A DNA stretch of 64,000 nt from Mobula hypostoma (taxonomy: Eukaryota): NCBI RefSeq assembly GCF_963921235.1, contig NC_086097.1, forward strand, positions 152,150,001 to 152,214,000, read 5' to 3'. This document shows positions 36,731 through 47,603 of the stretch, piece by piece. A program made the translations under genes and the position numbers. The notes beneath the pieces were generated by a model that was given only the letters and a program-made list of their open reading frames with translations, did no database searches and had not been told where the DNA came from. Positions within the stretch are counted from its first letter, which is position 1. Each line of letters starts with the position of its first letter.

Positions 36731-39700
36731 AGAAACACAGAAACATAGAAAACCTACAGCACAATACAGGCCCTTCGGCCCACAAGACTGTGCTGAACAT
36801 GTCCCTACCTTAGCAATTACCAAGGGTAACCCGGAGCCCTCTATTTTTCTGAGTTCCATGTACCTGTCCAAGAGTCTCCTAAAAGACCCTATCTGCCTCC
36901 ACACCATCACTGGCAGCCTATTCCACCCACTCACCACACTCCCTGTGTAAAAAAAAAACGTACCCCTGACATCTCCTCTGTACCTACTTCCAAGCATCTT
37001 AAAACTGTTCCCTCTTGTGCTAGCCATTCCAGCCCTGGGAAAAAGCCTCTGACTATCCACACAATCAATGCCTCTCATCATCTTATACACCTCTATCAAG
37101 TCCCCTCTCATCCTCTGTTGCTCCAAGGAGAAAAGGCTGAGTTCACTCAACCTGTTTTCATAAGGCATGCTCCTCAATCCAGGCAACATTCTTGTAAATC
37201 TCCTCTGCACCCTTTCTATGGTTTCCGTATCCTTCCTGTAGTGATGCGATCAGAACTGAGCACAGTACTCCAAGTGGAGTCTGACTAGGGTCCTATAGAG
37301 CTGCTACATTACCTCTCGGCTCCTAAACACAATCCCACAATTGATGAAGATCAATGTACCATATGCCTTCTTAACCACAGAGTCAACCTGTGCAGCTGCT
37401 TTGAGTGTCCTATGGACTCGGACCCCAAGATCCCTCTGATCCTCCACACTGCTTAGAATCTTACTGTTAATACTATATTTTGCCATCATATTTGACCTAT
37501 GAAAATGAACTACCTCACACTTAACTGTGTTGAACTCCATCTGCCACTTCTCAGCCCAGTTTTACATCCTATCAATGTCCCGCTGTAACCTCTGACAGCT
37601 CTCTACACTATCCACAACACCCCCAACCTTTGTGTCATTAGAAAATTTACTAACCCATCCCTCCACTTCTTCATCCAGGTCACTTATAAAAATCACAAAG
37701 AGCACTTTTCCCAGAACAGATCCCTGAGGCACACCTCTGGTCACCGACCTCCATGCAGAATATGACCTGTCTACAACCATTCTTTGCCTTCTGTGGGCAA
37801 GCCAGTTCTGGATCCACAAAGCAATATCACTATGGATCTCATGTCTCCTTACTTTCTCAATAAGCCTTGCATGGGGTACATTGTCAAATCCATATACACT
37901 ACATCTACTGCTTTACCTTCATCAATGTGTTTAGTCACATCCTCAAAGAATTCAATCAGGCTCGTAAGGCACGACCTGCCTTTGACAAAGCCATGCTGAT
38001 GATTTCAAATCATATGATGCCTGTCCAAATGTTCATAAATCCCTCCCTTCAGGATCTTCTCCATCAACTTACCAACCACTGAAGTAAGACTCACTGGTCT
38101 ATACTTTCCAGGGCTATCTCTACTCCCTTTCTTGAATAATGGAACAACATCTGCAACCCTCCCATCCCCATTGATGATGCAAAGATCATCGCCAGAGGCT
38201 CAGCCATCTCCTCCCTCGCCTCCCACAGTAGCCTAGGGTACGTCTCGTCCGGTCCCATGACTTATCCAACTTGATGCTTTCCAAAAGCTCCAGTACATCC
38301 TCTTTCTTCATATCTACATGCTCAAGCTTTTCAGTCCACTGTAAGTCATCCCTACAATTGCCAAGATCCTTTTCCGTAGTGAATACTGAAGAAAAGTACT
38401 CATTAAGTACCTCTGCTATCTCCTTCGGTTCCATACACACTTTTCCACTGTCACACTTGATTGGTCCTATTCTCTCATGTCTTATCCTTTTGCTCTTCAC
38501 ATACTTGTAGAATGCCTTGGGGTTTTTCTTAATCCTGTCTGCCAAGGCCTTCTCATGGCCCCTTCTGGCTCTCCTAATTTCTTTCTTAAGCTCCATCCTG
38601 CTAGCCTTATAATCTTCTAGATATCTATTATTACCTAGTTTTTTGAACCTTTCGTAACTGCTACTTTTCTTCTTGACTAGATTTATAACATCCTTTGTAC
38701 ATCACAGTACCTGTACCCTACCATCCTTTCCCTGTCTGATTTCAACGTACCTATGCAGAACTCCATGCAAATATCCCCTGAACATTTGCCACATTTCTTC
38801 CAGACATTTCCCTGAGAAAATCTGTTCACAATTTATGCTTCTAAGTTCCTGCCTGATAGCCTCATATTTCTGCATCCAATTAAATACTTTCCTAACTTGC
38901 CTGTTCCTATCTCTCTTCAATACTATGGTAAAGGAGATAGAATTGTGATCACATTCTCCAAAATGTTCTCCCACTGAGAGATCTGACACCGGACCAGGTT
39001 CATTTCCCAATACCAGACCAAATACAGCCTCTCCTCTTGTAGGCTTATCTAAATATTGTGTCAAGAAACCTTCCTGAACACACCTAACAAACTCCACCCC
39101 ATCTAAACCCCTTGCTCTAGGGAGATGCCAATCGATACTTGAGAAATTAAAATCTCCCACCACAACAACCCTGTTATTATTACACCTTTCCAGAATCTGT
39201 CTCCCTATCTGCTCCTCGATGTCCCTGTTACTGTTGGGTGGTCTATAAAAAACACCCAGTAGAGTTATTGACACCTTCCTATTCCTAACTTACACCCACA
39301 GAGTCTCTGAAGATAATCCCTTCATGTCTTCCTCCTTTTCTGCAGCCGTGACACTATCTCTGATCAACAGTGCCACGCCCCCACCTCTTTTGCCTCCATC
39401 CCTGTCCTTTCTAAAACATCTAAAGCCTGGCACTCAAATTAAACATTTCTGCCCCTGAGCTATCCAAATCTATGTAATCGCCACAACATCATAGCTCCAA
39501 GTATTCTACGCTCATCCATTTTGTTCATAATACTCCTTGCATTAAAACAATCGGTCTGAACGAGTCCCTTCTCTATCATCTGCCTGTCCCCTTTTTGTAC
39601 TGTCTCCAAGCTTTCTCTATTCGTGGCCCAACCGCCTCTTCCTTCGTCTCTTCAGTTTGGTTCCCACCCCCCAGCAATCCTAGTTTAAACTCTCCCCAGT

Positions 39701-39898
39701 AGCCTTGGCAAAGCTCCCTGCCAGGATATTGGTCCCCTGGGATTCGAGTGCAACCCGTCCTTTTTGTACAGGCCACTCCTGCCCCAGAAGATGTCCCAAT
39801 GATCCAGAAATCTGAATCTCTGCCCTCTGCTCCAATCCCTCAGCCACGCATTTATCCTCCACCTCACTCTATTCCTATACTCACTGTCACAGGCAGTA
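36731..39898 (-). mobile_element. CR1 LINE (ORF1 end, APE, RT, 3' UTR), degenerate
   Basis: RINAWLRDW; LLGVFYRPPNS...VVVVGDFNF...EHFGECDHN (APE); GVPQGSVLG; RRFTRMLPGL; agaaacatagaa tail. Confidence 0.95.
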
Positions 39899-41566
39899 AT
39901 TCCTCAGTAATTTTCTCAGCTCGTTGGTCACTTTCAGACCTGGGCACTTCCACTTCAATATGCTCTCTGGCCAGCACTCCAGCACCTCGATTTGGCCTGC
40001 ACCTGACCTTTCTAATCTGGCTCACTGCTTAAATTGGTCGAATATTGACTTTTCCTTGTTCTCGGGCCTGGGCCCTACTGCCACAACTTTGCCTCGCCTT
40101 GGATATGCCACTTCAGATCAGCTCCCAGCCCACTCCAGCAATGGACAAGCATTAACTCATTGCTCGCCTTTGAGCTCGAGCTTTGTTGCCTCTATTCAAC
40201 CTGAATACACCGCTCTGCAAACATGCAGAACCTTCAGGACTTCAGTTCACACCTCAAAAATGCTAGGTCATACCAGCAATTGAAAAGCTCAGCTCTGAAA
40301 GGGAAGTTACAGGCTATTGAGCGCGGTGATATTTTTCCAGGAAAAGGGTGAATAGTAGAGTAGTTAGTAGTTTTGATTTCTGCCAGCAAGGCATCGCTGT
40401 GTTTGACCAGCGCCATTTTAAATTGGACAAATAGTGTTATGGTAACCATTACATGGTGCTGCCCCAGTATATATATCTTTTACATGTCTGGAGCTCCACA
40501 AAATAATTTACAGCAACTAATAATTTCTGAAGTATAATCACAGCTGTTTTATAAATATATATGATAGTAAAATTTCACAGATAGCATGAGAAAAACATGT
40601 TAAATGCAGAATAAGGTTTGCTTTGGCTGTTGGAGCACAACCCTGACCTTCCTTGGTGTACAAATTTTACTCATACCTAAATGAACAGATTTTTAATTTT
40701 TCCTCTAAAAGGTCAACAATATAAATTTCTATCAAAGCTCCACTGAAGGGAAAAGTTCCTGAAATTGAATTGGAACCAGTAACACAATTGTTCCAACATA
40801 CTTGGTTAAATTTGTAAGAGGCTCATTTTGAATGAATTGAGCAATAGCATTGACTTTTTCAACTTTGTGCTATCTCTGGTTTCAAATTATGTTGCAGATA
40901 TGCAGGTCATTAGTAGTGTGCATTTATTGCTTCACAAAAATTTCAGCTAGTTGTCTCATATTTTCTGGCAAACAGCATCACAGTCAGTTGGATTTCAAAA
41001 CTGCCAGGACAACCAGTCCCTAGTGTAGCCTCTGTTTATTCAGAATCAAAACAACCTAACATCTGCTTATGTAGATAACTGTAGTAACTGATGCAACCTA
41101 AATAAAGAGAAATTATATGCAGAAATTGAGTTGGATTTAGTAAACCATATTTATAGCTTCAGACTTCTGTTGCTACTTGAGTACATTGAAGTTTATAATC
41201 ATATGCTGAGCCTGGCTTATTAATGAAATACAACAATGGATTATTGCATATCATCAAGTACAAGATGAGACCTATTCATTGTATTTTATTAAATCTACAA
41301 ATGGATTATTCTTTGAGTATGCAATCCGTCTATATTTAATATTTTTCTGTGTTCTTAGAAAATTTCCACCTTTGATCTCTGTGTGCATGATACAGAATCA
41401 ATTTAATTTACTCCAAAACAATTAGAAAGAAAAGCAACTCTAATGCAAAGTTGGCATTAGGGCTTGCCAAGTTTACCTTTACAACCAGGAAAACAAACTA
41501 TTACTGGCATAGACTCAAAAGACCCAATAGCCTCCCTCTATTTGTTATGAAAATATCAGAAAAGGA

Positions 41567-42178
41567 ATGGGGCTGGAATGGAATGCGCAAGGCGGGTCAG
41601 CAGTGGAACCTATTCTCCGTAACTTCCGCCACCTCCAACGGGATCCCACCACTAAGCACATCTTTCCCTCCCCCACTCTCTCTGCATTCCGCAGGGATCG
41701 CTCCCTACATAACTCCCTTGTCCATTCGTCCCCCCCATCCCTCCCCACTGATCTCCCTCCTGGCACTTATCCGTGTAAGCGGAACAAGTGCTACACATGC
41801 CCTTACACTTCCTCCCTTACCACCATTCAGGGCCCCAAACAGTCCTTCCAGGTGAGGCATCACTTCACCTGTGAGTCGACTGGGGTGATATACTGCGTCC
41901 GGTGCTCCCGATGTGGCCTTTTATATATTGGTGAGACCCGACGCAGACTGGGAGACCGCTTTGCTGAACATCTACGGTCTGTCCGCCAGAGAAAGCAGGA
42001 TCTCCCAGTGGCCACACATTTTAATTCCACATCCCATTCCCATTCTGACATATCTATCCATGGCCTCCTCTACTGTAAAGATGAAGCCACACTCAGGTTG
42101 GAGGAACAACACCTTATATTCCGTCTGGGTAGCCTCCAACCTGATGGCATGAACATCGACTTCTCTAACTTCCGCTAA
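41567..42178 (+). CDS. Uninterrupted 203-aa ORF encoding PLE GIY-YIG endonuclease (first ~15 codons probably from flanking DNA)
   Basis: ORF track plus GIY-YIG motifs VIY...YIGET and conserved R, E and N positions. Translation in vivo is not shown. Confidence 0.6.
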   Translation: MGLEWNAQGGSAVEPILRNFRHLQRDPTTKHIFPSPTLSAFRRDRSLHNSLVHSSPPSLPTDLPPGTYPCKRNKCYTCPYTSSLTTIQGPKQSFQVRHHFTCESTGVIYCVRCSRCGLLYIGETRRRLGDRFAEHLRSVRQRKQDLPVATHFNSTSHSHSDISIHGLLYCKDEATLRLEEQHLIFRLGSLQPDGMNIDFSNFR

Positions 42179-42608
42179 GGCCCCACCTCCCCCTCGTACC
42201 CCATCTGTTACTCCTTTTTATGCACACATTCTTTCTCTCACTCTCCTTTTTCTCCCTCTGTCCCTCTGAATATACCTCTTGCCCATCCTCTGGGTCACCC
42301 CCACCTCCTTGTCTTTCTTCCCGGACCTCCTGTTCCATGATCCTCTCGTATCCCCTTTTGCCTATCACCTGTCCAGCTCTCGGCTCTATCCCTCCCCCTC
42401 CTGTCTTCTCCTATCATTTTGGATCTCCCCCTCCCCCTCCAACTTTCAAATCCCTTACTCACTCTTCCTTCAGTTAGTCCTGACGAAGGGTCTCGGCCTG
42501 AAACGTCGACTGCGCCTCTTCCTATAGATGCTGCTTGGCCTGCTGCGTTCACCAGCAACTTTTATGTATGTTGCTTGAATTTCCAGCATCTGCAGAATTC
42601 CTGTTGTT
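41611..42608 (+). mobile_element. Penelope-like element (Neptune-type), 5'-truncated: Zn-knuckle linker, GIY-YIG endonuclease, 3' terminus with hammerhead
   Basis: Open frame with CKRNKCYTC, GVIYCVRCSRCGLLYIGET..RLGDRFAEH and LGSLQPDGMNIDF; terminus ...ttccagcatctgcagaattcctgttgtt. Confidence 0.92.
42476..42512 (+). ncRNA. Minimal type I hammerhead ribozyme motif (best-preserved copy); predicted cleavage after C42507
   Basis: AGTC CTGACGA AGGGTCTCGGCCT GAAAC GTC^GACT: complete core, stem I AGTC/GACT, short stem II, loopless palindromic stem III. Confidence 0.85.
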
Positions 42609-42939
42609 AGAGAGCAATAACTTTGTTTCCTGATCTGTGCTAGTTTAGCTTTGTGATAGTGCCTCCAATATCACCAGCAAGACCAGGCTACAAAGAGGAA
42701 GTACACGGCAAATGTGCATACCTTTTAAAGACTTATTCAGAAATCACTGCCTTATCAAGGGAATAAAAAGACAGTGTTGAGAATGCATCTTAAAGGACAA
42801 CTGGTAAAAATCAGTCTCTACTTGAAAGCAGTCGGTACTCTTGCAGGAACTTGGTAAAATAGTTTATTGCTGTCACTTATACTGAGTACAGTGAAAAACT
42901 TTGATTTGCATGCCATATAATATAGATAATTTCATCACA

Positions 42940-43440
42940 TAAGAACAAAAAACAGGAACAAGGAAAGATCGTCTGACCCATAGAGCCAGATCTGCCATTC
43001 AACAAGATCATGGCTGATCTGGCCATGAATTCAGCTCCATCTACCTGCCTTTTCCCTATAATCCTTAATCCCCCGTCTATGCAAAAATCCATCTGTGTCT
43101 TAAATATATATAATGATGTAGCTACTACTGCTTCCCTGGGCAGAGATTTCCACAGATTCACTGCTCCTTGGGGAAAAAAAGCAGTTTCTCCACATCTCCC
43201 TCTTAAATCTGTTCCCCTGCATCTTGAGGCGAGGGCTCCTAGATCTAGTTTCACCCATCAGTGGAAATAACTTTCCTGCTTCTACTTGTTCATACCTTTC
43301 ATAATTTTATCTATCTTTATAAGATTCCCTCTCATTTTTTTGAATTCTAGTGAATATAGTCCCAGGCAACACCATCTCTCCTCATCTCTGGAATCAACCA
43401 GGTGATCTCCTCTGCTCTGCCTCAAAAGCAAGTATATCTT
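42940..43440 (-). mobile_element. CR1 3' fragment
   Basis: LGLYSLEFKKMRGNLIK...FFPQGAVNLWKSLP plus 3' UTR. Confidence 0.8.
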
Positions 43441-43959
43441 TGCGTTATGATACGCACTCAACCACGCCAGCCTCTGGAATTTCAATGCTCTCACTTTCCA
43501 GAGTATGGCTAGCTGGCGTGGCCCCTTTAAGGATTCAGGACCTTCCCACTAATTGGCTGCCATGTTTAGGTGCCAGGATTTCAGTACTTAAGGAGCACCT
43601 GGATGGAAGTTCAATGCTCAATCGTAAGCGCAACTTGGATTATTGTCTAGTCATTTTTAGTGCTCAGTTCTCCTTTCAGTCTTGATCCTATCCAACACTT
43701 TGGTCCTAGCCATCCTCATCAGGGTCTCTCATCATAGTTCCAGCCACAGACAATTGGCACCTAGTTCCAAAGGTGCAAGGACGATTTGTAATGCCTCATT
43801 GCTGTTGTCTGATGATATGGCGTTGAACTCTGATTTGGCCACTGTTTCAATGGAAGAGCCTAGTGAACCTATGGAGGAGACTCTGAGGTCTGTCGAATCA
43901 CCCCTGGATCCTCAAAGAAAGGTTCAGAGGTAATTGCAACTCCCAGACTGTTTGAAATC

Positions 43960-44328
43960 CCTGCCATCTACAAGGACTTGGAAGAGATCTTCAGCAAGGG
44001 AAAGCCCTCGATTCTTCCACCACACCAACCCTACAACTCTGCTGCAGATCTACTGCCCACTATTTGTCCTCTGCAGGGTTGATTGTACACGCTGTCAGGC
44101 CTAGAGAGATGCACTACAGAGGGGACATAAAAGAGGATCTTCTCTTGCCCCATGATTCATTTGTCCCTCCACTTCACCAGTCATATGTGATTCTTCTCTG
44201 TACAGAAAAAGGATGGAAGCCTGTGGCTACGCATCGATTACAGAGGGTTGAGTTGCATAATGGTCAAGATTCATTACTCCTTCTGCTCATGAACACTCCC
44301 TTTGAGTTTCTCCAAGGGGCAAGAGTCT
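43960..44328 (+). mobile_element. Sushi/chromovirus-like Gypsy pol remnant, left part
   Basis: Manual translation gives YKDLEEIFSKGKPSILPPHQPYNSAADLLP...KDGSL..IDYRG...LMNTPFEFLQGARVF, typical of the RT N-terminus of Sushi-type elements. Confidence 0.75.
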
Positions 44329-47011
44329 TTCTTCAGTGGTTTGATCAGGGCATGACTGCGCAAGCGCGTGGATGTCAGACAGGTAGAACAGCGAGAAGAA
44401 TTTAAAAGGAGTTGGCTTTATAGAGCGGGTGACAGAGTAGGAAGGCTTTGGCTTAATGGGGCTTCACCGATAATGGGTTGAGGCGAGTTAGGTTGCCTGT
44501 GTAGAATACAGACAGGAAGTATGTGAGTGAGGCCGGTGTTCTGTGCTCAGTGTCAGATGTGGGAGGTCCTGGAGACTCCCAGCCTCCCGGATGGCCACAT
44601 CTACACCAGGTGCGTTAAGCTGCAGCTCCTTAGGGACTGAGTTAGGGAACTGGAGATGCAGCTTGATGACCATCATCTGGTCAGGGAGAGCGAGGAGGTG
44701 ACAGAGAGGAACTATAGGCAGGTAGTCACATCAGGACCACGGGAGACTGACAAGTGGGTAACAGTCAGGAGAGGGAAAAGCAAGAGGCAGATGCTAGAGA
44801 GTACCCCTGTGGCTGTACCCCATAACGATAAATACTCCGGCTTCAGTACTGTTGGGGGAGATGGCCTATCTGGGGGAAGCAACAGTGGCTGCGCCTCTGG
44901 CACGAAGTCTGTCCCTATGGCTCAGAAGGGCAGGAAAAGGAAAAGAATGGCAGCAGTGATAGGAGATTCTATCGTTAGAGGGTCAGACAGGCGATTCTGT
45001 GGATGCAGGAATGAAATGTGGATGGTAGTTTGCTTCCCAGGTGCCAGGGTCCGGGGTGCTTCTGATTGGGTCCACGATATTCTGAAGTGGGAAGGAGAAC
45101 AGCCAGAGGTCGTGGTATATATTGGTACCAGCAACATAAGTAGGAAAAGGGAGGCAAAAGAGGTGGAGGTGAGGTACTGTCAATCAGAGATATTGTCACT
45201 GCTGCAGAATAGGAGGAAGACATGGAGGGATTGTCTATGGAGTCTCTGTGGGTGAAAGTTAGGAACAGGAAGGGGTCAATAACTCTACTGGGTGCTTTCA
45301 AAAGATCATCCAATAGTAACAGGGACAGATAGGGAGTCAGATTAGAAAGGTGTAATTATAACAAGGTTGTTGTGGTGGGAGATTTTTATTTCCCAAATAT
45401 TGATTGGCATCTCCCTAGAGTGAGGAGTTTAGATGGGATAAAGTTTGTTAGGTGCGTTCAGGAAGGTTTCTTGACACAATATGTAGATAAGCCTACAAGA
45501 GGAAAGGCTGTACTTGATCTGGTATTGGGAAATGAACCTGATCTGGTGTCAGATCTATCAGTGGAAGAGCATTTTGGAGATATTGATCACAATTTTATCT
45601 CTTTTACCATAGCATTGGAGAGGGATAGGAATAGACAAGTTAAGAAAATGTTTAATTGGAATAAGGGTCTATCAGGCAGGAACTTGGAAGCATAAACTGG
45701 GAACAGATGTTCTCAGGGAAACGTATGGAAGAAATGTGACAAATGTTTGGGGGACTTTTACATGGAGTTCTGCATTGGTACGTTCCAATGTGACAGGGAA
45801 AGGATGGAATGGTACAGGAAATGTGGTGTACCAAGACTGTTATAAATCTAGTCAAGAAGCAAAAAAGAGCTTACAAAAGGTTCAAAAAACTAAGTAATGA
45901 TAGAGATCTAGTAGATTATAAGGCTAGCAGGAAGAAGCTTAAGAATGAAATTAGGAGAGCTAGAAGAGGACATGAGAAGGCCTTGGCGGACAGGATTAAG
46001 AAAAACCTCAAGGCATTCTACAAGTATGTGAAGAACAAGAGAAGAAGACATGACAGAATAGGACCAATCAAGTGTGACAGTGGAAAAGTGTGTATGGAAC
46101 TGGAGGAGATAGCAGAGCTACTTAATGAATACTTTGCTTCAGTATTCACTATGTAAGATGATCTTGGCAATTGTAGGGATGACTTACAGCAGACTGAAAG
46201 GCCTGAGCATGTAAATATTAAGGAAGAGGATTTGCTGGAGCTTTTGGAAAGCATCAAGTTGGATAAGTCACCAGGACCAGACAAGATGTAGTTCAAGCTA
46301 CTGTGGGAGGCGAGAAAGGAGATTGCTGAACCTCTGGTAATGATCTTTGCATCATCAATGGGGACGGGAGAGGTTTCAGAGGATGGAAGTGTTGCAGATG
46401 TTGTTCCCTTATTCAAGAAAGGGAGTAGAGATAGCCCAGGAAATTATAGACCAGTGAGTTTTACTTCAGTGGTTGGTAAGTTGATGGAGAAGATCCTGAG
46501 GATTTATGAACATTTGGAGAGGCATAATGTGATTAGGAATCATCAGCATGGCTTTGTGAAAGGCACGTTGTGCCTTAGGAGCCTGATTGAATTTTTTGAG
46601 GATGTGATGAAACTCATTGATGAAGGTAGAGCAGTAGCTGTAGTGTATATGGATTTCAGCAAGGCATTTAATAAGGTACCCCATGCAAGACTTATTGAGA
46701 AAGAAAGGAGGCATAAGATCCAAGGGGACCTTGCTTTGTGGATCCAGAACTGACTTGCCCACAGAAGGTAAAGAGTGGTTGTAGACGGGTCATGTTCTGC
46801 ATGGAGGTCGGTGACCAGTGGTGTGCCTCAGGGATCTGTTCTGGGACCTGGATGAGGAAGTGGAGGGATAGGTTAGTAAATTTGATGATGATACAAAGGT
46901 TGGGGGTGTTGTCGATAATGTGGAGGACTGTCAGAGTTTACAGCGGGACATTGATAGGATGCAAATCTGGGCTGAGAAGTGGCAGATGGAATTCAACCCA
47001 GATAATTGTGA

Positions 47012-47160
47012 CAGCAACACACATCAAAGTTGCTGGTGAACAGAGCAGGCCAGGCAGCATCTCTAGGAAGAGGTACAGTCGACGTTCCGGGCCAAGACCC
47101 TTCCTCAGGACTGATGTGTGTTGCTTGAATTTCCAGCATCTGCAGAATTCCTCGTGTTTA
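47012..47160. mobile_element. Penelope-derived mini-insertion with perfect 13-bp TSD, nested in CR1 RT
   Basis: CAGATAATTGTGA occurs at 46999-47011 and 47161-47173. Positions 47012-47114 are the inverted PLE terminus; 47115-47160 are the forward extreme 3' end. Confidence 0.9.
47076..47113 (-). ncRNA. Minimal hammerhead motif (GAAA box mutated to GGAA)
   Basis: The minus strand reads CAGTC CTGAGGA A GGG TCTTGG CCC GGAAC GTC GACTG. Confidence 0.65.
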
Positions 47161-47603
47161 CAGATAATTGTGAGGTGGTTCATTTTTGTAGGTCAAATAA
47201 GATGGCAGAATATAGTATTAATGGTAAGACTCGAGGCAGTGTGGAGGATCAGAGGGATCTTGGAGTCCGAGTCCATAGGACAATCAAATCTGCTATGCAG
47301 GTTGAGTCTGTAGTTAAGAAGGCATAGGGTGCATTGACCTTCATCAATCGTGGGATTGAGTTTAGGAGCCAAGAGGTAATGTTGCAGCTATATAGGACCC
47401 TGGTCAGACCCACTGGGAGGACTGTGCTCAGTCCTGGTCACCTCACTATAGGAACGATGTGGAAACCATAGAAAGGGTGCAGAGGAGATTTACAAGGATG
47501 TTGTCTGGATTGGGGAGCATGCCTGATGAGAATAGGTTGAGTGAACTCAGCCTTTTCTCCTTGGAGCAACAGAGGATGAGAGGGGACTTGATAGAGGTGT
47601 ATA

